Below, piece after piece: positions 1-10,600 of a stretch of DNA of 40,303 nt (position 1 is its first letter; the number at the start of each line of letters is the position of its first letter). The notes under the pieces are model-generated. The model was not told where the DNA came from. It saw only the letters and a list, made by a program, of their open reading frames with translations, and did no database searches. Source of the DNA: Polaribacter sp. (lineage in GTDB: Bacteria > Bacteroidota > Bacteroidia > Flavobacteriales > Flavobacteriaceae); NCBI GenBank assembly GCA_051278125.1, contig JBNMNV010000001.1, positions 1 to 40,303 of the forward strand, in the 5' to 3' direction. The position numbers and the translations under genes were made by a program.

Positions 1-591
1 AGTATCTTCAATAAATGTTTTATCAACAGGCATACTTTCTCCAGTTATGGGAGCTTGATTTAAGCTACTACTTCCTTTAATAATAACGCCATCTGCTGCA
101 ATTTTTGTATTCGGTTTTACAGCAATAATATCGTTAATTTTTAAGTTTTTTATCGGAATTTCTTTAAGTTTTCCTTCTTTTTTTAAGAGTGCTGTTTTGG
201 GTGATAATTCCCCTAAAGCCTCAATAGATTTTTTAGCCCTATTCATAGCATAATGCTCTAAAGCATGCCCTAAACTAAAAAGAAATAAAAGTAATGCTCC
301 TTCTGCCCAACTCCCTATATATGCAGCTCCAGCCGCAGCCGCAATCATTAAAAAATCGATATCAAACCCCCCTTTTATAATTTTTTGGGAAGCTTCTATG
401 GTAATGAAATAAGCTCCAAAGAAATAAGAGATAAGGTAAGGTGCTAGAGAAAACCAAATGGGTAAATCGGTAAACGTATCAACAATAAAACCTATGATTA
501 GAAAAAGTCCACATAAAACCGCAAAATAGAGTTCTGTTTTTTTTCCAAAAATCTTACTTCCTCCATGATGATGGGTTTTTTGTTTATTCAT
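1..591 (-). CDS. Heavy-metal translocating P1B-type ATPase (CadA/ZntA-like), 5' part; runs off window start
   Basis: Manual translation from ATG at 591: MNKQKTHHHGG..., TM helices (FDIDFLMIAAAAGAAYIGSWAEGALLLFLFSLGHALE), actuator motif NQAPITGESMPVDK near position 1. Confidence 0.93.
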   Translation of the reverse strand, partial: MNKQKTHHHGGSKIFGKKTELYFAVLCGLFLIIGFIVDTFTDLPIWFSLAPYLISYFFGAYFITIEASQKIIKGGFDIDFLMIAAAAGAAYIGSWAEGALLLFLFSLGHALEHYAMNRAKKSIEALGELSPKTALLKKEGKLKEIPIKNLKINDIIAVKPNTKIAADGVIIKGSSSLNQAPITGESMPVDKTFIEDT

Positions 592-943
592 GATATAAAT
601 TTTGTGTCTATCAAATTTAAAATTTATTCTGACAGTACGTGCATAAATTTAGCTGAATATAAACTTTATTGCATTATAGGAAAATTCATTGTAAACTTGG
701 GATTAAAATGACTGTAAAGACAAAAACACTAAAATTAAACATTCAGGATTTGATAAATTGTAGCTCTCCTGAAACTTCACAATTTTCTTTTAGAGTATTA
801 TAAATAGTGTAAATTTTTGAAGATTTTTATGTAATAAATTCAGATTTAATTTACGGTCATTAGTGCTTATTATGTTGTAGTTTATACCATTATTTATTTA
901 AAAATGACGATTCTGCAAAGTAAATGTTCGATGATGCCCTTGT

Positions 944-961
944 AAATGATGTAGGTCATTT
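944..961. promoter_or_regulatory. Possible CRP/FNR-type palindrome AAATGA-N6-TCATTT
   Basis: aaatga tgtagg tcattt in the divergent intergenic region between the ATPase and the 1116 ORF. Confidence 0.3.
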
Positions 962-1115
962 TGTAAACAAACCCATTTAATTATATTTATTTTTTTAATA
1001 AGGGTTCACCTCCTAACAAGCAAAAGCTATTGGTACTTGCTCCGAATTTGGATTTAGTATCAGTATAACATCAATTATACACCAGTTTTAAATAGATTAA
1101 ACAACATTATTCATT

Positions 1116-1310
1116 ATGGAAGATTTACAAAATATTCTAACAGAAATATCGAAACTTACTTCGGTTATTGAAACTAAGTATCCAGAGCTCTATCGCAATT
1201 TGGATGAAAACCCAGTTACGCTTCCCGAAAGTAAACATCCAGATATAAACAAACAAGCTTTGCAAGATTATTTAGAGAGCTTAAAACAGCTGCTAAAGCA
1301 TCATACTTAA
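1116..1310 (+). CDS. Small hypothetical protein
   Basis: 64-aa helical ORF with ATG start, co-oriented with the next gene. Confidence 0.75.
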   Translation: MEDLQNILTEISKLTSVIETKYPELYRNLDENPVTLPESKHPDINKQALQDYLESLKQLLKHHT

Positions 1311-1341
1311 GGATAAAAAAAACAGATACATCGATAAAATT

Positions 1342-1707
1342 ATGGGAGAAATAGCCACTTCAAACAAACAGATTATTTTGTTTTACAGCTCTAAATCTGA
1401 AAGAGCAAAACAAACGTTGGCCTATGCCAAAACTAAAGGATTAGCAATTCAAGAAATAGATATTTTAAGCGCAAAACTTACCGGAACTCAAATTGTAGAG
1501 CTTGCAGACAGATTGCATTTGGAAGTAAGTGATTTGGTAAACCAAGAACACCCTTCTTACACAACAAATTTTGAACATCATAATTTTTCAACCAACGACT
1601 GGATAAAAATGATGCAGTATCAACCAGAGATTATGAAGCAACCCATTGCTTTGAGAGGAGACACTACTATTTTGATTGAAACGCCTACGGATATTATTAA
1701 AATTTAA
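1342..1707 (+). CDS. ArsC/Spx-family thioredoxin-like protein lacking Cys
   Basis: Family-like layout: IILFY..., EIDIL, WIKMMQYQPEIMKQPIA (matches the P-x-L-x-x-R-P-I region). Confidence 0.75.
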   Translation: MGEIATSNKQIILFYSSKSERAKQTLAYAKTKGLAIQEIDILSAKLTGTQIVELADRLHLEVSDLVNQEHPSYTTNFEHHNFSTNDWIKMMQYQPEIMKQPIALRGDTTILIETPTDIIKI

Positions 1708-1780
1708 ATTATTAGATGATTTTTTAAATATAGCTTCACTTTTTTAGCCAACCTATTGCTCAACTCTCAAAATCAAAAAA

Positions 1781-1897
1781 ACACTAACATATTTCATTTT
1801 GTGTTATGTACTTAGATTAATTACAGTATTTTTTTTGAGAAAAAGTAAGCGAAAAAGAACGGATTTATTGCGGTATTATATATATAAAATGGTATTA
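1781..1897 (+). repeat. Dispersed palindromic (MITE/REP-like) element, degenerate copy A
   Basis: aaaaagtaagcgaaaaagaacggatttattgcggtattata...aaaatggtatta is nearly identical to the 3' half of 20284-20408. Confidence 0.65.
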
Positions 1898-1954
1898 CCA
1901 ATCATTTGGAGGTATAATTGGTATCATTGGGAATCCTATAAATTTAAATGATTT

Positions 1955-2007
1955 ATAAAAACAAAGGCCAATAACTAATTCAATTAGTTATTGGCCTTTG
2001 TTTTTAT
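1955..2007. terminator. Bidirectional intrinsic terminator (sucB 3' end)
   Basis: Perfect 26-bp inverted repeat 1955-1980/1982-2007 with A/T tracts, between convergent genes. Confidence 0.85.
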
Positions 2008-2023
2008 GAAAGTATTTTAAAAA

Positions 2024-3238
2024 CTACATTTCTAATGCGCGCTCTATATTTCCATCCATCAATAATTCAACAGGATTTTCTAGCGCTTCTTTAACTGCAA
2101 CTAAAAAACCAACAGACTCTCTACCATCTATAATTCTGTGATCGTAAGACAAAGCAACATACATAATTGGCTGAATTACAATACCGCCGTTTACTGCCAT
2201 CGGTCTGTTTACAATATTGTGCATTCCTAAAATACCGCTTTGTGGAGGATTGATAATGGGTGTAGACAACATAGAACCAAACACACCACCATTGGTAATT
2301 GTAAAAGTTCCGCCTGTCATTTCATCAATCGTTATTTGCCCATCTCTAGCTCTTATTGCTAAACGTTTTACTTCAGACTCTACCCCTCTAAAAGATAAGT
2401 TTTCTGCATTTCTAATTACCGGTACCATTAATCCTTTAGGACCAGAAACGGCTATTGAAATATCTTGGAAATCTTGTTTTATTTGAAAGTCTCCATCAAT
2501 CATAGAATTCACATCAGGATACATTTTTAGTGCTCTTACAATTGCCAAAGTAAAGAAAGACATAAAGCCTAAACCAACACCATGCCTTGCTTTAAAGTCT
2601 TCTTTATATTTTGTACGTAAATCGAAAATTGGTTGCATGTTTACCTCGTTAAAAGTAGTTAACATGGCTGTTTCATTTTTTACAGCAACTAAACGTTCTG
2701 CAACTTTTCTGCGCAACATAGACATTTTTTTGCGCTCTGTATGTCTAGAACCGTTTGCTGGCTGTGTTCCCATAGAAGGTACTGCTTTTACGGCATCCTC
2801 TTTGGTAATTCTTCCGTCTTTTCCAGTTCCCTTTACAGCGGAAGCAGTCATTCCTTTTTCTGCCAATACTTTTTTAGCGGCAGGAGAAGCAGTTCCTGTT
2901 GCATAGGTTGCTGCTTTCGGAGCTTCCTTTTCTTCAATTTTCTTTTCTTCCTTTGGAGCCTCTTCTTTTTTATTTGCTGCATCTCCATCAGGTTTAGCCG
3001 CGCTTGTGTCTATTAAGCACACTACTGCACCTACAGCAACAGCGTCACCTTCTTCTGCTTTTAAAGTGATAATTCCACTTTCTTCAGCAGGCAATTCTAG
3101 CGTAGCTTTGTCAGAATCTATTTCTGCAATCGGTTGGTCTTTTTCAACATAGTCTCCATCTTCAACTAACCAAGTTGCAATTTCTACTTCTGTAATCGAT
3201 TCTCCTGGAGAAGGAACTTTCATTTCTAAAACACTCAT
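2024..3238 (-). CDS. sucB: 2-oxoglutarate dehydrogenase E2, dihydrolipoyllysine succinyltransferase
   Basis: Lipoyl domain [11 protein letters not shown]3-binding [12 protein letters not shown], catalytic SYDHRIIDG; adjacent to sucA. Confidence 0.98.
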   Translation of the reverse strand: MSVLEMKVPSPGESITEVEIATWLVEDGDYVEKDQPIAEIDSDKATLELPAEESGIITLKAEEGDAVAVGAVVCLIDTSAAKPDGDAANKKEEAPKEEKKIEEKEAPKAATYATGTASPAAKKVLAEKGMTASAVKGTGKDGRITKEDAVKAVPSMGTQPANGSRHTERKKMSMLRRKVAERLVAVKNETAMLTTFNEVNMQPIFDLRTKYKEDFKARHGVGLGFMSFFTLAIVRALKMYPDVNSMIDGDFQIKQDFQDISIAVSGPKGLMVPVIRNAENLSFRGVESEVKRLAIRARDGQITIDEMTGGTFTITNGGVFGSMLSTPIINPPQSGILGMHNIVNRPMAVNGGIVIQPIMYVALSYDHRIIDGRESVGFLVAVKEALENPVELLMDGNIERALEM

Positions 3239-3343
3239 GGTCTCTTTTTTTTATATTTGCCAAACTTATTTAGGCATTTAATTGATATACTTTTTTTTAA
3301 TGTTATAAGGTGCTCAAAACCTTATCGGTATTTTTTTTATTTT

Positions 3344-3490
3344 TTGGGCGTTTTAACATGCTTTAAACTGTATCTTTTCTTTGTTTAACCTTTCTTTTTA
3401 ATTTGTAAGCTAATTTCAATCAAAATATATTTCGATTTCAGTAATGCTCAAGGTGACAAAGAAAAGGATGCCGTTTCAATCCCTAACGCA
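3344..3490 (+). ncRNA. Structured repeat, probably the Flavo-1 RNA motif (copy 1)
   Basis: ttgggcgtt...tatctttt...aaaaggatgccg..tcaatccctaacgca, shared with 25578-25712; Flavo-1 name from recall, not from a search. Confidence 0.55.
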
Positions 3491-6230
3491 CTTCCTCAAT
3501 GTTAAAAACACTATCAATAACTGCTCGATGTCTTTTCTTAAATCTTGTGCTAGAGCCGGCTGCAGGAACTGCATAATATTTTCTTGAACGTACCGTTAAA
3601 TTTTTTAATTCAAAACGTTGCAACATATAGCTCCAAGCTCCCATATTTCTTGGCTCTTCTTGCGCCCAAACATATTCTTCAATATTTGGATATCGGTCAA
3701 TAATTGCCTGAATTTTTTCTTTATGCAACGGAAACAATTGCTCAATTCTTACCAAAGCAATATCGTCTCTTTCCAATTTTTCTCTTTCCTCTAATAAGTC
3801 ATAATAGAATTTACCCATACAGAAAACTAATTTCTTTACATTTTTTGGATTTAACGTATCGTCTATTACTTCTTGGAATTCTCCATTTGCTAAATCTTGA
3901 ATGGAGCTTACCACTTTTGAGTGTCGCAATAAACTCTTTGGAGTAAATACAATTAAAGGTTTTCTGTAACCTCGTTTCATTTGACGACGCAACAAATGAT
4001 AAAAATTTGCTGGCGTTGTGCAATTTGCAACGGTCATATTATCTTCTGCACATAATTGTAAGTAGCGCTCTATTCTTGCGGATGAATGCTCAGAACCTTG
4101 CCCTTCATACCCATGAGGTAATAAAACCACAATTCCGTTTTGAGCTTTCCATTTATCTTCTGCAGCAGAAATATACTGGTCGAATATTATTTGAGCTCCG
4201 TTAGAAAAATCTCCAAACTGCGCTTCCCAAATTGTTAATGTATTCGGATTTGCCATTGCATATCCATAATCAAACCCTAACACGGCATACTCAGACAATA
4301 ATGAGTTGTAAATGGTCATTTGCCCTTTAGAATCAGGGTTTGTATTCAGTAAATTAATTCTTTCTTCGGTAACTGCATCACGCAAAATAGCATGTCTATG
4401 AGAAAAAGTTCCTCTTTCTACATCTTGTCCAGAGATACGAATATTAAATCCTTCTTCCATTAAAGAACCATAGGCTAAATTTTCTGCCATTCCCCAATCT
4501 AATTTAAGGGTTTCGAATGCCATTTTAGCTCTTCCTTGTAAAATACGTTCTGCCTTTTTTACAAAAGTAGACCCTTCAGGAACTGTAGAAACAACTTTTG
4601 CAATATTATTTAATCGATTTTCCGGATACTTGGTCTCCACTACTTGCAGCATGGCTGCTTGATGTTCGCGTTCAAAACCTTGCCAAGTAGATTCCATAAA
4701 CTCTTCTACCTTAGAATTTTTATCTTTTTTAGAGTTGTCAAATTCTTTTTCAAGCATTCCTTTAAATTCATCTGTAATTTCTTTTACATAAGATGAACTT
4801 ATTGAATTTTCTTTTAATAATATATCCGCATAAATATCTTTAGGATTTTTATGTTTTGCAATTGCTTTGTATAGTTTTGGTTGCGTAAAACGTGGCTCAT
4901 CACCTTCATTATGACCGTATTTACGATAGCCAAGTAAATCGATAAAAATATCGGTTTGAAACTTCATTCTAAAGTCTAATGCTAATTGCATTGCATGGCA
5001 CACAGCTTCTGTATCGTCTGCGTTTACATGTAAAACCGGAGATAAAGTTACTTTGGCAACATCTGTACAATACGTACTTGAACGTGCGTCTAAATAATTT
5101 GTGGTAAAACCAATTTGATTATTTACCACAATATGGATTGTTCCGCCGGTTTTATAGCCGCTTAATTTTGCCATTTGCACTATTTCGTAAGCAATTCCTT
5201 GCCCCGCAATGGCAGCATCTCCATGAATTAAGATTGGTAAAATCTTACTAGAATCGCCAGCATATTTTCTGTCAATTTTAGCTCTTGTAATCCCTTCGGC
5301 AACCGCGGCTACAGTTTCTAAATGCGATGGATTTGGTACTAAATTCATTTTGATTTCATTACCGTCTCTGTAGGTTTTACTTAACGTTAAACCTAAATGA
5401 TATTTTACATCACCATCGATATCTTCATCTTCAAAATCTTTACCTTCAAACTCACTAAATAAATCTCTAACTGGTTTTTTAAAGATGTTTACCAAGGTAT
5501 TTAAACGACCTCTATGAGCCATTCCTAAAACACATTCTTTTACACCATATTTTTCTGCAGCATCTCTTAACATTACACTAATTCCAGGAATTAGAGTTTC
5601 TCCTCCTTCCAAAGAAAAACGTTTTTGGCCAACGTATTTTGTTTGTAAAAAACTTTCAAAGGTTACTGCCTGATTTAATTTTCCTAAAATATACTTTTTG
5701 GCTTCGGTAGAATATTTTGGGTGGTTCTCGTTTTCATTCAATCTAGATTGCCACCATTTTAATTTTTCTGGATTTCGCATGTACATATATTCAACTCCAA
5801 TAGAATCGCAATAAATGTTTTGTAAATGCTCAATAATTTCAGATAAGGTTACCCTTCCTAATCCCAGAATTTCTCCGGCAGAAAAATAACTGTTTAAATC
5901 GTCTTTTGATAACCCAAAGGTTTCAATATCTAAAGAAGGTTCGTATTGCCTTCTTTCTCTAACCGGATTTGTTTTTGTGAATAAATGACCTCTTGTTCGG
6001 TATCCGTTGATCAAGTCTGCCACCAAGAATTCTTTTTTAACTTCTTGCGGAATTTCTACAGAAACTTCTTCTTCTTCTTCTTTTAAAGAATAGTTTTCAT
6101 TTGCAAAATCATACCCTTGAAAAAAACTTCTCCAGCTTGGTTCTACGGCATCTGGGTGTACTAAATATTGGTTGTATAAATCAGCTATAAAGCCTGTATG
6201 TGCTGCGTTTAAGAACGAAAATTTATCCAT
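3483..6230 (-). CDS. sucA: 2-oxoglutarate dehydrogenase E1
   Basis: KRFSLEG, GMAHRGRLN, TPP motif HGDAAIAGQG, WEAQFGDF, LPHGYEGQGSEHSS. Confidence 0.99.
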   Translation of the reverse strand: MDKFSFLNAAHTGFIADLYNQYLVHPDAVEPSWRSFFQGYDFANENYSLKEEEEEVSVEIPQEVKKEFLVADLINGYRTRGHLFTKTNPVRERRQYEPSLDIETFGLSKDDLNSYFSAGEILGLGRVTLSEIIEHLQNIYCDSIGVEYMYMRNPEKLKWWQSRLNENENHPKYSTEAKKYILGKLNQAVTFESFLQTKYVGQKRFSLEGGETLIPGISVMLRDAAEKYGVKECVLGMAHRGRLNTLVNIFKKPVRDLFSEFEGKDFEDEDIDGDVKYHLGLTLSKTYRDGNEIKMNLVPNPSHLETVAAVAEGITRAKIDRKYAGDSSKILPILIHGDAAIAGQGIAYEIVQMAKLSGYKTGGTIHIVVNNQIGFTTNYLDARSSTYCTDVAKVTLSPVLHVNADDTEAVCHAMQLALDFRMKFQTDIFIDLLGYRKYGHNEGDEPRFTQPKLYKAIAKHKNPKDIYADILLKENSISSSYVKEITDEFKGMLEKEFDNSKKDKNSKVEEFMESTWQGFEREHQAAMLQVVETKYPENRLNNIAKVVSTVPEGSTFVKKAERILQGRAKMAFETLKLDWGMAENLAYGSLMEEGFNIRISGQDVERGTFSHRHAILRDAVTEERINLLNTNPDSKGQMTIYNSLLSEYAVLGFDYGYAMANPNTLTIWEAQFGDFSNGAQIIFDQYISAAEDKWKAQNGIVVLLPHGYEGQGSEHSSARIERYLQLCAEDNMTVANCTTPANFYHLLRRQMKRGYRKPLIVFTPKSLLRHSKVVSSIQDLANGEFQEVIDDTLNPKNVKKLVFCMGKFYYDLLEEREKLERDDIALVRIEQLFPLHKEKIQAIIDRYPNIEEYVWAQEEPRNMGAWSYMLQRFELKNLTVRSRKYYAVPAAGSSTRFKKRHRAVIDSVFNIEEVR

Positions 6231-6269
6231 ATTAAAATTTATACTTTTTTTCTAATTATTAAATTGTAA

Positions 6270-6277
6270 CAAAAATA
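6270..6277 (-). promoter_or_regulatory. Bacteroidetes -7 promoter box for sucAB
   Basis: TATTTTTG (TAnnTTTG) on the minus strand about 40 nt upstream of the sucA ATG. Confidence 0.55.
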
Positions 6278-6352
6278 CAATTTTTAGTAATAGTGCCCTT
6301 GCTTATTTTAAAGATAAGCTGATAAAATTTTATTAAATTTTTTATAAAAAAA

Positions 6353-6383
6353 TTTGGCAATATTCTAAAAAGGTATATATTTG
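6353..6383 (+). promoter_or_regulatory. Bacteroidetes housekeeping promoter for tRNA-Asn
   Basis: -33 TTTG (6353-6356), 19-nt spacer, -7 TATATTTG (6376-6383). Confidence 0.8.
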
Positions 6384-6414
6384 CACTCGCTAAACAAAAT
6401 CTTGTATAGCAAAC

Positions 6415-6488
6415 TCCTCCTTAGCTCAGTTGGTTAGAGCATCTGACTGTTAATCAGAGGGTCCTTGGTTCGAGTCCAAGAGGGGGAG
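6415..6488 (+). tRNA. tRNA-Asn(GTT)
   Basis: Acceptor TCCTCCT/AGGGGGA, D-arm AGCTCAGTTGGTTAGAGC, anticodon arm TCTGA-CTGTTAA-TCAGA, T-loop GGTTCGAGTCC; CCA not encoded. Confidence 0.98.
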
Positions 6489-6498
6489 CAACACCAGT

Positions 6499-6536
6499 AA
6501 GGGTTTCAAGACATTTAGTTTTGGAACCTTTTTTTA
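6499..6536 (+). terminator. Intrinsic terminator after the tRNA
   Basis: aagggtttcaagac...gttttggaacc hairpin (G-U pairs) followed by a T run. Confidence 0.7.
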
Positions 6537-6710
6537 TGCGCAAGGTTTTGATTGAATTTGAACTGTTTTATTAAGATGATTCAGGTTTAATAATTTTCGA
6601 AAACACACGCTCTAAGAAATTGTCTAAATCAGTAAGCTTTTTGCTGACGATTTATATATTTCAGAAGTGTAAAAATTAAAATTTATCAAATTTTGTTTTG
6701 TTAAACAGTC

Positions 6711-7030
6711 TTAAAATAATGTCCGAGTAACTCCAGTACTTTCAGTACATAATTCTAGGTCACTGCTATCTAAATCCATATATCCTTCGGGATCATCACA
6801 AGCTACTCTGTACTCTTCAACAGCAGCAGCAGCATGAGCTATTAAAATATTTAATGCGTCTGTTGCTGGAAGTGTAAGAACCGTATATACCGCACTATTT
6901 GATGTTTCTAGTTGTTTCACCAGTTATAACTGTAACGTCACCTGATGTTGCACCGTAAGGCACTACTGCAGTAGTAATAGACGTATCTGATGAAGCAGAC
7001 ACTGAAGCAGTTGTTCCATTTCCTTTATTA
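6711..7030 (-). pseudogene. Remnant of an IPT/TIG-domain surface protein with a downstream SSDLEL-type domain
   Basis: NGTTASVSASSDTSITTAVVPYGATSGDVTVITGE continues in another frame as TSNSAVYTVL...EE...GYMDLDSSDLEL; split by an apparent 10-nt insertion near 6903-6918. Confidence 0.6.
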
Positions 7031-7172
7031 TGAATTGTTAAAGTTTTACTAATTAAATTAAAAAAGTAAGTAAAACAAAACTTGAACATCTACATAAAGC
7101 AAGGGTTTATTTAGTTTCATTCTGAACTGTTTTTTTCTTAACTTAGTTGGCTCAATACGAAGACTATAGATC

Positions 7173-7586
7173 ATGAAAAAAGCAATTCATATTTTCGTAA
7201 CATTAAGCTTAGTTTTATTTTTTACAGCATGTAATTTTTCAACTGCAAATATTGATGATGTAAAAATGTGTACCAATATTACGGATAATCAATGTCCCTC
7301 TGATAATCCAGTCTTTTCTACCACTTCGCCTTTAATTTATGTTAGTTGTCATTTAAACAATGCTCCTGAAAATACAGATGTTAAAATGGAATGGATTTAT
7401 TTAGGCGAACAAAGATTAGTTATAGATGCTGTTTTACAAAATTCAGGATCAAATATTGGAAATTTGAACATCCAATCAAATTTATCTAAACCTACAAATG
7501 GATGGCCGATAGGCGATTATGAAATTGTGTTAACTATTGTTGGAACCGATAAAGAACCGAACGTGAAAACGTTTAGCATCCAATAA
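7173..7586 (+). CDS. Lipoprotein with a single Ig-like beta-sandwich domain
   Basis: Lipobox FFTAC; ends SKPTNGWPIGDYEIVL...FSIQ. Confidence 0.85.
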   Translation: MKKAIHIFVTLSLVLFFTACNFSTANIDDVKMCTNITDNQCPSDNPVFSTTSPLIYVSCHLNNAPENTDVKMEWIYLGEQRLVIDAVLQNSGSNIGNLNIQSNLSKPTNGWPIGDYEIVLTIVGTDKEPNVKTFSIQ

Positions 7587-7636
7587 ATTTAGATTAGCAA
7601 TTTAACTGATTATACTTTTCATAAAAATTGAATGAC

Positions 7637-10600
7637 ATGAAAGCACAAAGATTGTTGCTCGTTATTGGTTTCCTGTTTTTTTTATTAAGTGTGAAGTCTC
7701 AAAATGCTGAGCAGTACATTAATAATGTGGTAAATGATATCAATTATAAAATTGCAGAAGTACATCAACTGGCATCTCAAAAACAGATGTATGAGTGTAT
7801 CGCAAAGTTAGATGAAGTTTATTTCAAAATAAGTTCTGAAATAAGGAAAGGTACTTTTGATGAAGAGTATAAAAATGCTAAAAGGAATAATCCTAATTTT
7901 ACTTATAAAATTAGAAAAGATTTACCAAACCAACTAGAAGCAACATATTGGAAAAGTAAGTTAGCACAATGTGAACGAATTCTAGCCAATCAAGATGTAG
8001 TTATTGAGGGTATGATTGCTGCCAAAAAATTAAACAATGATGATAAGTTTCTTGCCTTATTAAAACAATTAAAAACGGGTTACGATGCCATTAGTGGTAT
8101 CATTGAAAATACAGCAACATTTAACCCGTTAAAATTAGGTTATGATTTGCATGGTAATTTTAACGATGCTATTAATAATTACAAAGAGTATGAAAATGCT
8201 GAATTAGCGAATCTTGAAATTGATGAAAAACTTGCAAAATTCAATTTAACTATAGCTAAAGCAGAAAAAAATAAAAACAATTTTCACTTTTTTAAAAAAT
8301 ACCTAAAAGACAATTACGATGCTGTAACTAGTTTTAAGGCGAATGTTGAATATTTAAATAAAATCAAAAATTCCATTGATAGTGGCCCTATTGATAAACT
8401 AGATATTAGTCTTAAGTATAATTGGAATTATGGTCCTTTCCAAAAGGAGGTAAAAGAACTCTGTAAAAACTTTAATATTGATGATGATTACTGTTCCGAT
8501 TTTAAACTTAAATATGATAAAATAAATAGGAGTGCTAAACGTAGCTTAAACACAATTATTGAAAATATTAAAGCCAGTGATGACCAAGCCAATAAACAAC
8601 GCTTTTTAAATGAAAATAATGCACGATGGCCTGAATATAAAGGTGTTGTAGATCCAATATTCCAAAAAGTTTATACAGCACAATGTGATAAGCCAATAAC
8701 GCAAGAAACTTCAGAAAACGATACTTCTAATAATGAACAGAGTAATAAGGGCAATGAAAATACTGAAATAACAGTTAATGATCGTGTTTTAAATATCCAA
8801 TCTTTGGAATTAGAAACTACATACGGAGTTTCAACGAATAGCTTTTATCCTAGCCAAAAAGCCAAAGTTAGTTTTTCTACAAAATGGGATGGAAAGTTTA
8901 TGGAACGTGTTCAAATTAAAATATTATTAGACAATGAAGTAGTTTTAGATGAAATCCTTGCATTTAGAAATAGCATGGGAGATTTTCTCTCCAATTTTTC
9001 TAAAACTATTCAAATTCCTGAATATTTTGGAAATGGTGATTATCGTTTAAGCTTGCATATTTCACGCGATCCTAAGGTCTTAAACAAAAGTATTCAAGTA
9101 AAATGTACTCCAAAAACAATTCTATTTAATGTTACAGATACTAGGAGCCTAACAATCAATGAAGGAAATGAAATTAATAAAGAAGAGGAAGAAGGTGAAG
9201 AGGAAGTGAAGAAAACAACAAAGCCCATAACTAAAATCTCTGGTAGTACTGATAAATATTGGGAAAATGAAATTCCTGATAATGCGCATAAAGAATGGGC
9301 TATTATTAAAGATGGATCATCTTATACGTATGAAGTTAAATATAGCGTTAACGGAAGAACTGTTGGTTATCGTGCTTTTTCTGATCCTGAATTCAAAAAC
9401 CCAAAATGGGAATCAATTCGAAATAATTTGGCCATTAAACATGGGGCACAAAGAAAATTTTCTTTTGATAAGGAAGGAAACTATTTTGTATCAGAGATTG
9501 AGTTTTATAGGGCCAATAAGCGAATGGCTAATCGATTGACGTTAGACAGTAAAGGTGAGATTAAATATGGTGAAAAGTTAGATTATATCAATGAAAAATT
9601 GATGACACATATTCCTTCCGAACCCCAACTTTCTTTAGCAAATATTGCAATTACTGGAAATGTCGATTATACATCAATTAATTTACCTTCTAACCCAATA
9701 AAACTAATTTCTGGTTATTCGGAAAGATATTATGCTCCGAATGTTTTAAAACAACATATGGGAACCTATACTTTTTCGGGTGGTGAGTTTAAATTGAGAT
9801 CCGCTTCACTACGATCAGGACGAAAGGTTGTTGCTTGGAGTTTTTATACTAATGGTAATCTTCTTTCAATTAGTACCTATTTGTTAAGTGATCGGTATAA
9901 GTTTTATCAAGAGTATTATACACAAGATAAAGTTAGAGTTGGCACGAGAATATCTAGAGATGGAACTCAAATATATCTTTATGGAAAAAAGGTTGATAAA
10001 CAAACCTATCTTACTGCAAAGGCCGAAGATAATTGGCTACCATCACTTGCTGATGGGGATGCTATTTCTTCTAGACCTTTTAATCCTCAAAACTATCCGG
10101 ATCCTGCATGGGCTACTTCTAATCCACTAAATCTTTTTATTGAAGATGGTTCTCAACTTTGGCGTGTAGAAATGACCGATTATTCGACCAATTGTTTTTA
10201 TGTTAATAATCACAATATAAGTGGATTAATCAGTTGGAATGAAAAAAAACAATCTCTATTGGAAGTTTATCGTGATATGCATCAAATATATAGGATTCGT
10301 TGGAAAAAGGAGGGCCAACTTAGTGGTGCACATATTCGAGGTCATATATATAATGAAGGTCTACGTATTTCTGTAAAAGATGGTGAAATTCAATCTAATT
10401 ATGAAAATACTTCTTTACCCTATTATTCCTATTCAAAAACATATGCTAAGATAAAAAATACTCCTTCGTTGGAGGTTTTTGATTCCCCCAGATTAACTGA
10501 TATTATTGAGCAACCTAAATTTCCTCCAGCTGAGATTACACCATTATTTAAAAAAATATGGAACGGCTTGGAGATTGATTATTCAGCTCCAACTTCTGAA

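Noticed and set aside
2217-4204. Short ORFs overlapping sucB/sucA (2217, 2637, 2741, 3704, 3811, 4007)
   Set aside because: Antisense or alternate-frame shadows of conserved genes
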